Assembly: GCA_040285855.1 (NCBI GenBank)
Contig: JAUFOQ010000006.1
Coordinates: 372,001 to 436,000, forward strand
DNA length: 64,000 bases
From: Eukaryota sp. GEM-RC1
Taxonomy: Eukaryota
Direction: 5' to 3'
This document shows, piece by piece, positions 10,812 to 21,677 of the stretch. The notes under the pieces were generated by a model. It was given only the letters and a program-made list of their open reading frames with translations. It made no database searches and had not been told where the DNA came from. A program made the translations under genes and the position numbers. Within the stretch, counting starts at the first letter, position 1. Every line of letters begins with the position of its first letter.

Positions 10812-12451
10812 TAGTAAAAGGATTTTATGTTATAAATTAACGAAATACAAACAACTAGTACTTAAAAGATATTAAATGATCCACATCTACTCTTGAACTA
10901 CCACGATACAATTTGTCCAGAATACGATTCAAATACTTTGGGAAACTTCTATAAAAGGAAAAACCAATGCGATTACGCCAAAGAGACTGATTAAAATTTT
11001 TCCTATGATCACGGCACAACTTTGAAAAGTCATCAAAGAAATTTTCAGCAGCAAATCCAATTTTACCAAGAATTGAAATAGCAAAAGGAATGAACTTAAA
11101 AGAAGAATACAAATTGGAATTCAGTTTGATCATTGTGTCAGAATATGTACTAATCTTTCTTTTTTTAGCTTTGGATAAATGATTTTCAGTATCACTCGAA
11201 ACTGAATTCAAATATACTTTAGCACATGGATCAACAGTAGTAAAATCTATCACAGCTTGACAAGAATCAAGATATGGAACAATGAGATCACCTCGTCGAG
11301 AATTGGTAATATTATCATCACTATAATCAGGAGTTGGAAAAATTGCATTGCCAATTAAATTATTGCCAATTAATTAATTGCAATAAGTAATTGGCCCCAA
11401 AAATAGGACGACAATTAATTGGGCAATTAATTGCAATTATCACGGGGGTTTCAAATGCACGAAATGAATAGAAATTACAAACAGATAACAGAATGCAGAT
11501 GTACAATAAAACACTTTCCTTCCTTTACCTACAGACAATCGTACTCTGTGCTTGACTTTTCTTTTCTCCGTCCGATTCTGGAAAAAGTGCTCACGTCAAA
11601 GGGCAACACTACACTTGTAAGTGCAAAGCAATGATATTGAAAGGTAACGTGTGAACAAATCTTTCCAACCATCTGAGAACAAAGCATGTTAATTTTCAAC
11701 AGGAGCACAATGACTTGATGAAAGGCAAATGAGCACTCTTGGCACATTTGTAATTGAAGACAAATACTCAGAATACTTTAAATGAATGAAGTTGGTTATT
11801 AAAGGCCTCAGACCGTTCAACTTTGTAGAAAACGAACTCAATAGGTAATTTTCCGGTATTAAGCGCACAATATCCTGCAAGACGTTGATGAACACTGATT
11901 GTACACTGAAAAACTAGTTTTGTTATCATAAAGAACAAACTTTTGAACTTTCTTTTAAGTGCAAATGGTCACTTTATCACAGACCAATTAATTGCCCAAT
12001 TAATTGTAGCACATGTGATAATTGCAATAATTCATTGTCTCTGAAAAACTGAGAACAATTAATTGACAATGCAATTTTTCCAACTCCTGACTATAATGCT
12101 TAAGAAGAGGTTCGATTTTCCCATTAAACCCATGACATTTAAACATTTCATACGTAACATCACGAACAGCATTGTGTAAAATTGATCTAAACTGAAGAAA
12201 TTTTTTGCAACTAACAATGTGTCTGAAGTCAGCTTTTGGTCTCTTATCACAACAACACATAGTATTAGCTAACAATTCAGATGGAAACAGACCTAAGCGA
12301 AGACGCATGTTAAGTTTCCAAGCCTCATTATTGAGATGAAGACCACAAGGTCTAGGCTGTTGAGTAATAAACGATGAACAGTTTTTTAAATCCAAAAGAA
12401 AAGCAGCAAAGACGGGATTATTTACCTTAGTAACACTAAGACGTTTATAAC
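10812..12451 (-). mobile_element. 5'-truncated CRE-like non-LTR retrotransposon (restriction-like endonuclease C-terminus)
   Basis: RLRLGL, HIVSC, HNAVRD, EP, RRGDLIVP, IDFT, AKKRK, FIPFAISILGKIG. 15-bp flanking direct repeat AAAATCAAATACACT (10797-10811, 12452-12466). Interrupted by a hAT element. Confidence 0.85.
11328..12089 (+). mobile_element. Non-autonomous hAT transposon
   Basis: TIR CAGGAGTTGGAAAAATTGCATTG; 8-bp TSD ACTATAAT (11320-11327, 12090-12097); subterminal AATTAATTG repeats; BED-finger remnant YTCKC..TNLSNHLRTKH and LRPFNFVENE. Confidence 0.92.
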
Positions 12452-12499
12452 AAAATCAAATACACTAATAATATAGTTGTTGAATCGATTTTATTTATA

Positions 12500-12591
12500 G
12501 GAAATGGTCATTCATCAAAGAACAACAATGAGCCACTCATTTGCAAGCCTTTTAGGACGAGCTAACTTATAAGATTCAGGATTCCGGTTCT
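12500..12591 (-). ncRNA. Candidate Fanzor omega-RNA scaffold
   Basis: Directly 3' of the Fanzor stop. The minus strand can fold GAGUGG-C-UCAUU-GUUG with UGAU-G-AAUGA-CCAUUU, plus CCU-AAA-AGG. Ends abruptly at an AT-rich flank. Boundaries inferred. Confidence 0.45.
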
Positions 12592-13430
12592 TCATTCTCT
12601 ACTAGTGAGTCTTCTTACTGGAGGCACCGGTCTTTGAGGACACTTTGCTGTTGTATGACCTTCCATATGAAAATACTGACACTTACTCACACTCTTCATC
12701 TTGGGAACCTGATCTGTAATCCCACCATCCTCGATAGTTATTGTTTGAGATTTTGGTCTCTCGAGGACAGCAGGTCTACCTTGACCTTGGATAATTCCAT
12801 TTACAATGTTATAAATGTTAATAGCAGAGTTGAAGTCTCTTTTCCAGAGGACATGACATTTAGCACACTGAACTAAGCCCCATGTTGAGACTTTGTTGCT
12901 CTTCAACCTTGCTTTCATGAATGGCAACAGTTTGGTCCATTCATCTTCAAAATTTCAAAATTTCACAACATTGTCTAATTGATTGTGTTCCATAATTTCT
13001 GTTTTCAATTTCTTCTCCTCCTTCAGTAACTTCTTCTTCCACGGAGGATCAATGACTTTGACAAAGTCAGGATTGGAACAGATACCTTCCTGGTTTTCAT
13101 CAGCACAAGCAAAGCAACATTTGCTTGTCATGTATACATCAACTAAGAAAACTTCAAATCCAAATTTTCTTAGCAAGTTTCGAAGAGTAGCTCCTTTTAC
13201 TGTACTTGCCTTACCCCTTCTTCTTCGGAGTAGAGTGTCATTCCAATCCCCAAAACCAACAACGACTTCATTGGGATCACCATGTTAGAGAACTAATCTG
13301 TGGACCATGTTTTGTTCACTTCGTTCTTTTCTTCAATACTGGGTAAGGCGTCTACGTCTAAAAAAATTTTCTTCATAAAGGCCTTCTGTTGCAGCAGGTA
13401 TTTGTTGAGTTGGTCCTTTCTTAGGTAGTT
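12592..13430 (-). pseudogene. Fanzor1-type (TnpB-derived) RNA-guided nuclease, C-terminal half
   Basis: One continuous frame: LYEENFFRRRRLTQY*RKERSEQNM..*HGDPNEVVVGFGDW..KGATLRNLLRKFGFEVFLVDVYMTSKCCFAC..WGLVQCAKCHVLWKRDFNSAINI. Three in-frame stops (13333-13335, 13285-13287, 12955-12957). RuvC-II Glu reads Val; RuvC-I not seen. Confidence 0.88.
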
Positions 13431-13669
13431 TCGATACAGTTATGTGAAATTGAAGGAGACGAAACTTTAAAAACTACGGAGCCGTAATGGCTGACCCACG
13501 TGGAAACGGTAGATGAATCTTGCTGTTGAAGTTTGAGATTCATTTGGGAAAGATAGGTGTAAACGGCCGTAGGAGATATATGGAATGATTATAGGTTGGT
13601 TAATGACAAATTTGTGAACACCAACATGCAACCAAAACGAAAACCCCTGTCCAACATTTGTAACTTTTT

Positions 13670-15680
13670 TTAATTTTTGACAAGTTTGATATTAAATCAA
13701 CTAGAGGGGTTAAGCAAGGTGTGCCTTAGGGTCCTTTTGTGTGTTGTCTCGTTCTGTAAAAATTATTTAAAATCTTACAATTAGAATTTACAACTGTCAA
13801 AATTTGTGCTTATGCTGATGATTCTTTGCTGATTGCTCCAGTTGACGTTCTCAAAAGATGTTTTTCACGTTTCATTGAACTTTCTTTGAGTATTGGTTCA
13901 ACAATTAATTTTGATAAATGTTTTCTTTTTGTTAAGTTTTTTCGAATGTTTCTAATCTTGTTTTTTGCAATATTCCTATCATCGATTATTCTACTCAATG
14001 TTTGCGCTTCCTTGGCACATTTTTGGGAAATTATGAGAAAATTCATTCAGAATTGGAGGGTTCATTAACTACCATTGAAGAAAAACTAAATCAAATATTA
14101 CCTTTAGATGTAAAAATGTTTCCTTTGCTATGCTTCAGGTCTGTTTTTCCGGGAAAATTAATCATTTTTTACGTTCATTAATCTATTCCCTTACTGAAAC
14201 ATTTGCCAAGAAATTGAATTCTATTAGAAAAAACTTTCTCTCTAACTCGGCCGAAATTGATGAGACTAAGATTCCATTTCATGCTTTTTATTCATCTGAA
14301 TTCGCAGGGGTAGGTTTCACACATGCAAAAACATAGTTGTACTTCACAAATCACACTGTGATCTGTGATTTGTGATCACAGATGGGATCACAGTGATCAC
14401 AAAAGTGTAAAAATGGTCGGATTCTTGTGATCACAACTGTGATTTGTGATCACGATTGTTGACGCTATACTTGGTTGTTATTTTGTTTATTTGTCAGATT
14501 TTAGTCAAATAAATGCAAAATAAACAAGACAAGTAAACCATTTGTCATGTCTGAGTGGCAGACTGAAGTCCACGAATTAGATTATTCTTTTCTAAATGAC
14601 GATTAAATATGTCTGCTACTTACTCAAATAAATGATGCCTTTGGAGTGTATATTAACCTAGCTCTATTGGAAGCAAGAAGAGGAAAATCTCAGTTTCGCT
14701 CAATTTAAAATATATGGAAGAAGTTATCAAGCAATGTTACATATAAGCAGATATTTGGAGTGAAGTGCGTGTCAGCACTGAAGGAACTCTGAGTGCTGAA
14801 GATGAATTAGTGGAGAAAGGTGATGATAGATGTTGATCTTAGTGAGGAAATAGAAGAAGTGGCTTTTCAAAGCGTATAAATTGACATTACGATTGAAAAC
14901 CCTGTGGATTTCGAGGTTGAATCAGACGAAGATAATGACAAGGTGTCGGAACTACTGAATTGTCCACCAAGAAAAACAGTAGAAATAATTAGTAGATAAT
15001 TGATGAAATAAAGTATTACAATAAAGTAACGCTGAAATAAAGTTCGTGATAAAATTGCAATTGTTTTACTGTTGGTTGAAATCAAATTGTCGGGAGATAA
15101 GTCACAATGGGATAATTTTTTATATAAGTTATGATGATGAAGAATACATTTTTCATATTGTGTGTGATTATTGTGATCATTGTTATCACACTTTGTGATT
15201 GTGATTTGTGATCACAGACGACAAAACAAAGCAATATTGCTGTGAAGTACAACTATGTGCAAAAATCATTAGAAAATGTGCTCTTTTAGGAGGTGTCAAG
15301 AATTTTATGTTTGAATTTTTGAAACGGTTTCCCTTGGATGGAATCAATCTGTTGAATTCCAGTAATTGTCGTTGGATTCAATCTGCTAAAGATTTGGTAT
15401 CATCTTTGTCTCCTGAAATACGGGAGTCTATGTTTCCTGCTCACTTAAAGGACTCCTTTAAAGAATATTTCAACTCTACCGTCTCCTGTAAGTAAGCTGC
15501 AAAATAGAAGTTTGAACACTTGGACTTTAATATTCGTATTAGCTTGGCTGAAACTAATAGTCCCAAGTTCGCTGCTTTTTTAATTGACCTTTGTAATGGT
15601 GTTTGTTTTTCCAATTTCATCGTTTTGTAGGAAGGTTATCTTATGGGGTGCCGAATACAGTTTTTTTGTAACTACAACAT
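13670..15680 (+). mobile_element. Decayed CRE-like non-LTR retrotransposon (RT remnant fused to 3' UTR)
   Basis: RGVKQGVP*GPF, AYADD, CFSGKINHFLRS, FAGVGFT, ALLGGVKNF, FAAFLIDL; collinear with the copy at 53.9-55.9 kb. Split by a hAT element. Ends approximate. Confidence 0.8.
14332..15257. mobile_element. Non-autonomous hAT transposon
   Basis: TIR CATAGTTGTACTTCACA; 8-bp TSD TGCAAAAA (14324-14331, 15258-15265); subterminal TGTGATCACA repeats. Confidence 0.92.
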
Positions 15681-15973
15681 TTGGTGAGAATCCATCACCA
15701 AGGAAAGTGTCGTATGTGTATTGAAATGTTGTTGCTGATAATTTATTCTTTTGTATGACAAAACATAAATTAGTCTCAGTGAGAATATTGTAGTGTAAAG
15801 TTCATTTACATTACATGAACTAACTTCTTTAGATATTCAAAATATTATTATGGCGCCATGTGTATTTTCGCGCCATGCGTTCGAAAGCCATGACCCATAA
15901 GCCATCGGCGCATGGCATTTGAAAATTCGGTAATTTCACTGCATAAACTTCACCTTCCTTTTGCAGGGATCAA

Positions 15974-16855
15974 ATGATGGATACTAATGTAGCTTATGCT
16001 GATTACTTCACAATTACAGTCTTCTTCCTCAGTGGTTTGGTTTTTTACGCTCAGGCATATCGCAACAGATCGTTCTCATCAAAACAATCTCAGTCTGTTT
16101 CTCGGGAAGTTATCCTTCTCATAAAACGTAAAGCCGCTCTTCTCAATGGTCTCTCTTCAATCATCACCTTCATCTCCGCCACTTGCATCCTCATTGGACG
16201 TAGTAAACTAATTGATGTTGAAGTTGATGGTCAACCAATCAATGTTGCACGTTACATTGACTGGATTATCACGTGCCCTTTACTTCAGATTCAACTGGGT
16301 GTCATTGCGGATAAAGCCAACCTTCAACCAATTCTGATGGTATTCCACGTCTTTTTCACTAATCTTGGAGGACTTTTAGCTGCTCTCTCCACTTCTCATC
16401 TATGGAAACTCGTCTTCTTCCTCTTCAGTTGCTTTCATTTCATAATGATGGCTGTTAACCTCCACTTTCTAATCCGTAAACACACTAATGGATCCGAATC
16501 TCTCTTTACCGGTACTTCTTCTCTTCGATCCCTTTGTTTGCTCACTGTCATTACTTGGGTGCCTTTTCCTATACTCTGGGTACTTTCTCCAGATGGATTT
16601 GAGTTATCTAATTTGGGGGAGGTTTCGGAGATTCTATTTAATCTAATTGGTCTGTTAGCAAAGCTAAGTGTCCAGTCTACGATTGCAATTAGAAGGTTAG
16701 AGTTTAAAGTGATTGAAGAAGCGTTTGAAGAAGAGTCGAGTTCGATTGGATCGAGCTCAGTTCATGATTGTAATCGAGGGAGTTCTTGCAGGACATTCTT
16801 TGATGACAGTCGTCACGTGGAGCTGGTTCTGATGGAACTTGATTCAGTTTGTTAA
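15974..16855 (+). CDS. Microbial (type-1) rhodopsin
   Basis: Intact 293-aa ORF with seven hydrophobic segments. Helix C RYIDWIITCPLL, helix F WVPFPILWVLSPDG, helix G LIGLLAK with the retinal-binding Lys. Confidence 0.92.
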   Translation: MMDTNVAYADYFTITVFFLSGLVFYAQAYRNRSFSSKQSQSVSREVILLIKRKAALLNGLSSIITFISATCILIGRSKLIDVEVDGQPINVARYIDWIITCPLLQIQLGVIADKANLQPILMVFHVFFTNLGGLLAALSTSHLWKLVFFLFSCFHFIMMAVNLHFLIRKHTNGSESLFTGTSSLRSLCLLTVITWVPFPILWVLSPDGFELSNLGEVSEILFNLIGLLAKLSVQSTIAIRRLEFKVIEEAFEEESSSIGSSSVHDCNRGSSCRTFFDDSRHVELVLMELDSVC

Positions 16856-17174
16856 AGTCTTTAGAAATCTTGTTTTTTTTATTTTTTGATAGTTTTAGTG
16901 ATTCAGTTTGTCAGATCAACATTGGAATTTGTTTAATTGAATTTGTGCTACCATTATCCAATCGCTTTGACTGTATTTATTACAATCTAGTCTTTTTTTT
17001 TTCAATGTGAGTCCAATTATTCTAAATTATTACAAAGCACATTGCCACAGGGACAGTAAACAATATTTGTATTTAAATATTTATTTGGCTCAGTGATTAC
17101 AATGTAATTCTCATTGATTATTTAAAGGGTAAAATTCATTTATACTCATTTCACAAATCAATATTTCACACATA

Positions 17175-17884
17175 CAGTCAACCCTGTCTATAGCGTCACT
17201 ATATGTCCTTACGCTATATCCAGTTTTACGCTATATCCAATAAACACCCTGTGCAGTTCTACAAATTGAGTTGAGTCTTCATATACAAAGCAAATGAAGA
17301 GAACTAGGAGTGGGCCATTCGTTCATCGCCAAAGTAGATGTAACAACCATGTCAATGATGAGATCAGCGGTCAACACCAAAATGTGGTGATGTCAAATTT
17401 TGACCAATGAAATTGAACGAAGAGTTCAACTGAAGACATTCACGTGCTGTAGCTTCACATAAACCATATTTGTATATGGGAGGAAGGATGAATGATGATG
17501 TCTTCACATCATGATCTATGTTCGATCCACCCATCCTCTACCGTCTTCTTCTGCATGTAGGTGGGATACCTATGTCACATAGTACACATTTTATCATTTC
17601 TGCGCTGTTTTCTACGTGTGTGAACTGGGGTTGCTTGGTAAGGCGATGTAGACATTGAAGGAAGATGAGAAACAACAACAGAACAATGATGTGAGACAAC
17701 GGCTGTCAAAGCATCATCAAGTTGTTGGATATGATGAATAGAATGGAATGTTTAGCTAGAGGTACTTTATCACTTCATACTACACTCGTAACAGAGACAA
17801 ACAGATTGTCGTTCGGGAAAAAATGTCGTGTGGGTGAAAAAAATAGCGCTATAACGAGTTTTACGCTATAGACAGGGTTGACTG
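17175..17884 (+). mobile_element. pogo/Tc1-mariner-like non-autonomous element
   Basis: Perfect TIR CAGTCAACCCTGTCTATAGCG; TA on both flanks; weak DDE_1-like remnant GRMNDDVF. Confidence 0.88.
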
Positions 17885-17887
17885 TAC

Positions 17888-18383
17888 CAGTGTTCGAAAT
17901 TTCCCACGTGTTTTTCAAAAGACACCGTGTCGGTGTTAACACGCGTGTCCACACGGTGTCTTTGATGTGTCTTTTGGGTGTTTTTGCGTGTTTTTTCGGA
18001 AACAAATTTCTCATCAACTATATAGAGTTTGACTATCAAAACATACTTTTGGGCCAATTCTTGCCTTTATCTGACATCCCATCACTGAATCTTCGATTCT
18101 GTGGTTCTGTTGAGTTGAATTGTGTTCTAGGTCTGTTTGACAACGCATCACGTCAGTATTTTGGCCACTTTCTCTTGGCATTGCAGTCTTTTGTGGTATA
18201 ACATATAAAAAAACATTCAAGTCGAACAGTGTTGAGGGAAATAAAAGGGTACTTTCGAAGTTTTCTAGGTTTTTTGCAGAAAAACACGTACACACGCCGT
18301 GTCTTTTTGCGTGTTTTTCTGCGTGTTTTTCAAAAGACACCGTGTCCGTGTCCAAACGTGTCCACGCGTGTCTTCGAACACTG
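17888..18383. mobile_element. hAT-type MITE
   Basis: TIR CAGTGTTCGAA; 8-bp TSD GACTGTAC (17880-17887, 18384-18391); subterminal ACACCGTGT/GCGTGTTTTT repeats. Confidence 0.9.
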
Positions 18384-19393
18384 GACTGTACTCAAATTGA
18401 AAACAAAAATACAAATCATACTCAATCTATACTCAGTCAATATCCACATATAATTTTGCTTCTTCAACCTCAATGTATTCTTATAACCGATGTTGTATCA
18501 TCTTCCACACCCATATCTTCCCCACCCTTCTTGACCGATCACTCTCCGTAACTCGTGATTTTTCTTCTGCTTTTCCATTGCACGGTTCTAGTTGTTGCTC
18601 CAATTCACTCAAATTTGAGACATAACACTTCAATAGAGGATACACTCTTCTAGTGGTACTTTCAGAGCAGCGGCAACGGCAACGAAGTGAATACACAGGA
18701 CTTTGTTCTCCTGCCACTCTGGGCAAGTTAACGGGGCAACAACCTGAAAAGCTGCTGCCTTTGTAGTAGTGCTCTTACATCTTCTGGTACGTTTTTATCC
18801 ACAGTGGGTCATTTTCTTAACTTTGTCGAATCTTTCATTAATTTTGAACATAGCTTTTCTACGAATTGTTTCCAATAAATTGATCGTCCTTCTATTTTAT
18901 AGATTTATTAACTCAGGGCAGCTTTAATGCAGATTGAGTAGAAGTGGACAGTTTCCATGTACACAAGTCTTCTTGGCACTGTTCACTATATCTGTTATAC
19001 CTATTCGTCCTTACTTCACCAAAGTCCTCATGTACAGCTTGTTTTAAGAGATCTTTGGATTCAAAGGTAGCTCCTTGTATAAGAGTCATGAATTTTTGAT
19101 TTCAGTTTGAGCATGTGTGAATTATTGATTTGGGAAATGAGTATAATTGACATTTATCCTTATTTAAAATAAATTGGTCTCATCTGCTAGTCCTTCTCAA
19201 CCTAGTCCAATTAAACTGGTAACACTAACTAAATGAAGTATGAAGAGTAAACTGTTTCCACAGTTACAAGAATTACAAAGTCATTGCCCTTTAAAGAAAC
19301 TATAATATTACAAATTTATTAACTGAATAAAGTCTTTAAATTCAAAAAGAGTCCAAAGTAACATCTTTAAAACTGTTTAAATAATACAATTCA

Positions 19394-20864
19394 TTAATCT
19401 TCTTCATCATCTTGCTCCTCACCTTCCTCATCCTCCTCGTTCTGTTCTTCTTCCTTTTCTTCTGGCTTCCATCCTTCTTGTTCAGGAGTAGGTTCATCGT
19501 GTTCAACAGCTTTCTCTAAAAACACTTGGTTAAAATCAGCAAGACTTAGAACCTCCGGAGTCACCATTGAAACTCTATTAATTGGTGAATTACTGAGTCC
19601 ATATCCACAATAGAAGTTAGCAAATGACCGTAGTCTCATCACAGAAACAGCTCCGGGGAAGTCCAATGACTTAGCAAAAACAGAATCACCAAAACGTTGA
19701 GTTTGCCAGTTTCCTTCTAAGTCTCTAAAACAAGGCAGTGGTCGACACTCACGTAGATCAGCTCTTGATTGGAGTAATTTTGACCCATTCTCACGTGATA
19801 TTTTGACCTGACTCTCAATAACATCTACTTCCTCCTCATCGCTTTGTTCGTTCTCTTCCTCTTCTTCATCTTCGTTTTCTTCCTCTTTTGTCTTACCATT
19901 AGGGCAAAGTTTGGGAAGTCGATGTGCGAATTCAGTTGTTTTAGCATCTACATAGGGGAAATCAGCAGCATCTGCAACTTCTTCGCTACCAATCTCCCAA
20001 ACAGGAAGTCTCTTTTCTTCTTCGTCTTCATTGTCTTCATCAAGTGGACCTAAAAAGAGATTTTTTGGTGATAATACTGTCGAGTGAGAAATTAGAGCAA
20101 TTCTGTATCGTAAAATTTTTAAATTTTCAGGATCGTTAGAATTTTTGACGAATTGACCACGATCTAATAATTTAAATAATGGGGAAAAATTCGGTAGTAA
20201 AACCCACTCATTATTAATATAAGCGTAATAAACAAACTTATTAACACCTTCACCAGCAGGTAGTCCCTTAAAATCAAGAGCAACAGTTTCCATTGGCTTT
20301 GGGCCATCTTCATCCTTTTCCTCCTCCTCTTCTTCTTCCTCCTTTTTCTCTTCCTGGTCATTCTGAGATAGACTCTCTAAGTAATCTTCAGTAGGGATGG
20401 CTTCGGCAACATAGATAGGATCAGCAAGGGTGAGAATACAGCCAAAGAAGCGCAGGGACTCAAAGTCTGTGGGATGGGAGAGAGATAGAGATGTGATGAG
20501 AGCGTTGACGTAGGAAACTCTGGGGGCAGGTAAAGCTGCTCCAAAGATTCGAAGTAGAGACTGTTCTGTTAGTACAGGGGCTATCTGATATTCTGGAGAA
20601 GCAGTTTCTTCAGCATTTTCTTCTTCTGATTCGGGTTCTTCCTCTTCTTTGGCTTCAGTGTCGTTTTTTTGGGGAAGAGGGAAGAAGTGGAGCTGATGAC
20701 TTGTATAAGTTATTCAATAGGGATAGAACTTTGGGATCTGAAGACTGTTGATAATCATTAGAGGAAGAAGTGTCAAGAACTTCAGTAAGAGAGCTAAGAC
20801 ATGAAAGAGGGCTAGAAGGTCTGCACTCTAGTAACGGCGTTAAAGTAGGCACCAAAGCTTGCAT
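19394..20864 (-). CDS. RSPH4A: Radial spoke head protein RSPH4/6 family (frameshifted in this assembly)
   Basis: LRFFGCIL..IYVAEA, GEGVNKFVYY, WVLLP, LRYRIALISHSTVLSP, KSLDFPGAV, FANFYCGYG and acidic tracts. Apparent frame break at the A-run near 20.67 kb. Confidence 0.85.
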
Positions 20865-21677
20865 GTTTGTGAAGAGTTAAATTAGGAAAAGAAATTCCGA
20901 AGTAACATTAATGTCATCGACATTAATTTCGGTTTGAACAATTTTTTTTTTGAGCAATATTTCGTCAATAGAAAAACATTCACATTACGAGATAAAAGGG
21001 TGTGACAACATGTACATGTAAAGGGTTAACGTGGGGTTTACTAGCAACTGTATTTTTACTGTAGATTCATCAAACAGAATCTCATCTATAGGTATAGAAT
21101 CTTGATCCAGATTGGTGATATTGCTACTTCGGAGGGACGTATCCGTAAAAATTTCTTCTTTATTGTTTGTGTGCTGAACTTACCTGTGTTTGAACAATTA
21201 AACTATTACATCATTGAACCTTCGGTAGCAAAAGGAAATGGAGTTGAAGAATCTGTCAAATTAACTAACAATCCATTTAGCATTTGAAATGTTTGGTTTC
21301 AATTAACGCTTTTGATGCACTGAATACCATTGCTGTTCCAATTGGTAAAAGACTTCTCCTTACAAACAGAATTTAAATCTAGCTTGGAATTTGTGGTTCA
21401 CAATTTACTCTATTTACTGTAAATGAATACGTTGGATTACAAAGGATTTGTTTCTAACACATCAGAGAATTTGTTCCTAGGGGATTTGCAACAACAAAAA
21501 ATACAATCTAGAAGTATTAAGTAAAGTCTACTTTGGACATTAGTGCATACCAAAACGAATGAAAGCATTATATTATCAAAATAGACTGTACGGGCAAAAA
21601 ACAATCTTTGGATAATACACATAAAATAATCTATATACAACAAACTAATAAACAAAAAATAACTAAATGATAACAAA

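Larger units (their letters stand above)
17127..19159 (-). mobile_element. Decayed Mutator-like element (MULE) hosting two nested transposons
   Basis: TIRs GGGTAAAATTCATTTATACTCATTTC and GGATAAATGTCAATTATACTCATTTC; 9-bp TSD TTATTTAAA (17118-17126, 19160-19168); MuDR N-terminal-like remnant GATFESKDLLKQAV..CTWKL near 18.95-19.09 kb. Confidence 0.88.

Noticed and set aside
12955..13335. Stop-codon reassignment suggested by in-frame TGA/TAA in the Fanzor frame
   Set aside because: Intact host genes end in TAA, TAG or TGA and have no internal stops; these are pseudogene lesions.
15929..15967. Intron giving the rhodopsin an N-terminal extension
   Set aside because: A GT..TTGCAG segment exists, but no upstream ATG frame joins the rhodopsin frame after splicing.
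21015..21030. piggyBac-like end (TTAACCC on the minus strand)
   Set aside because: No partner TIR or transposase remnant found.
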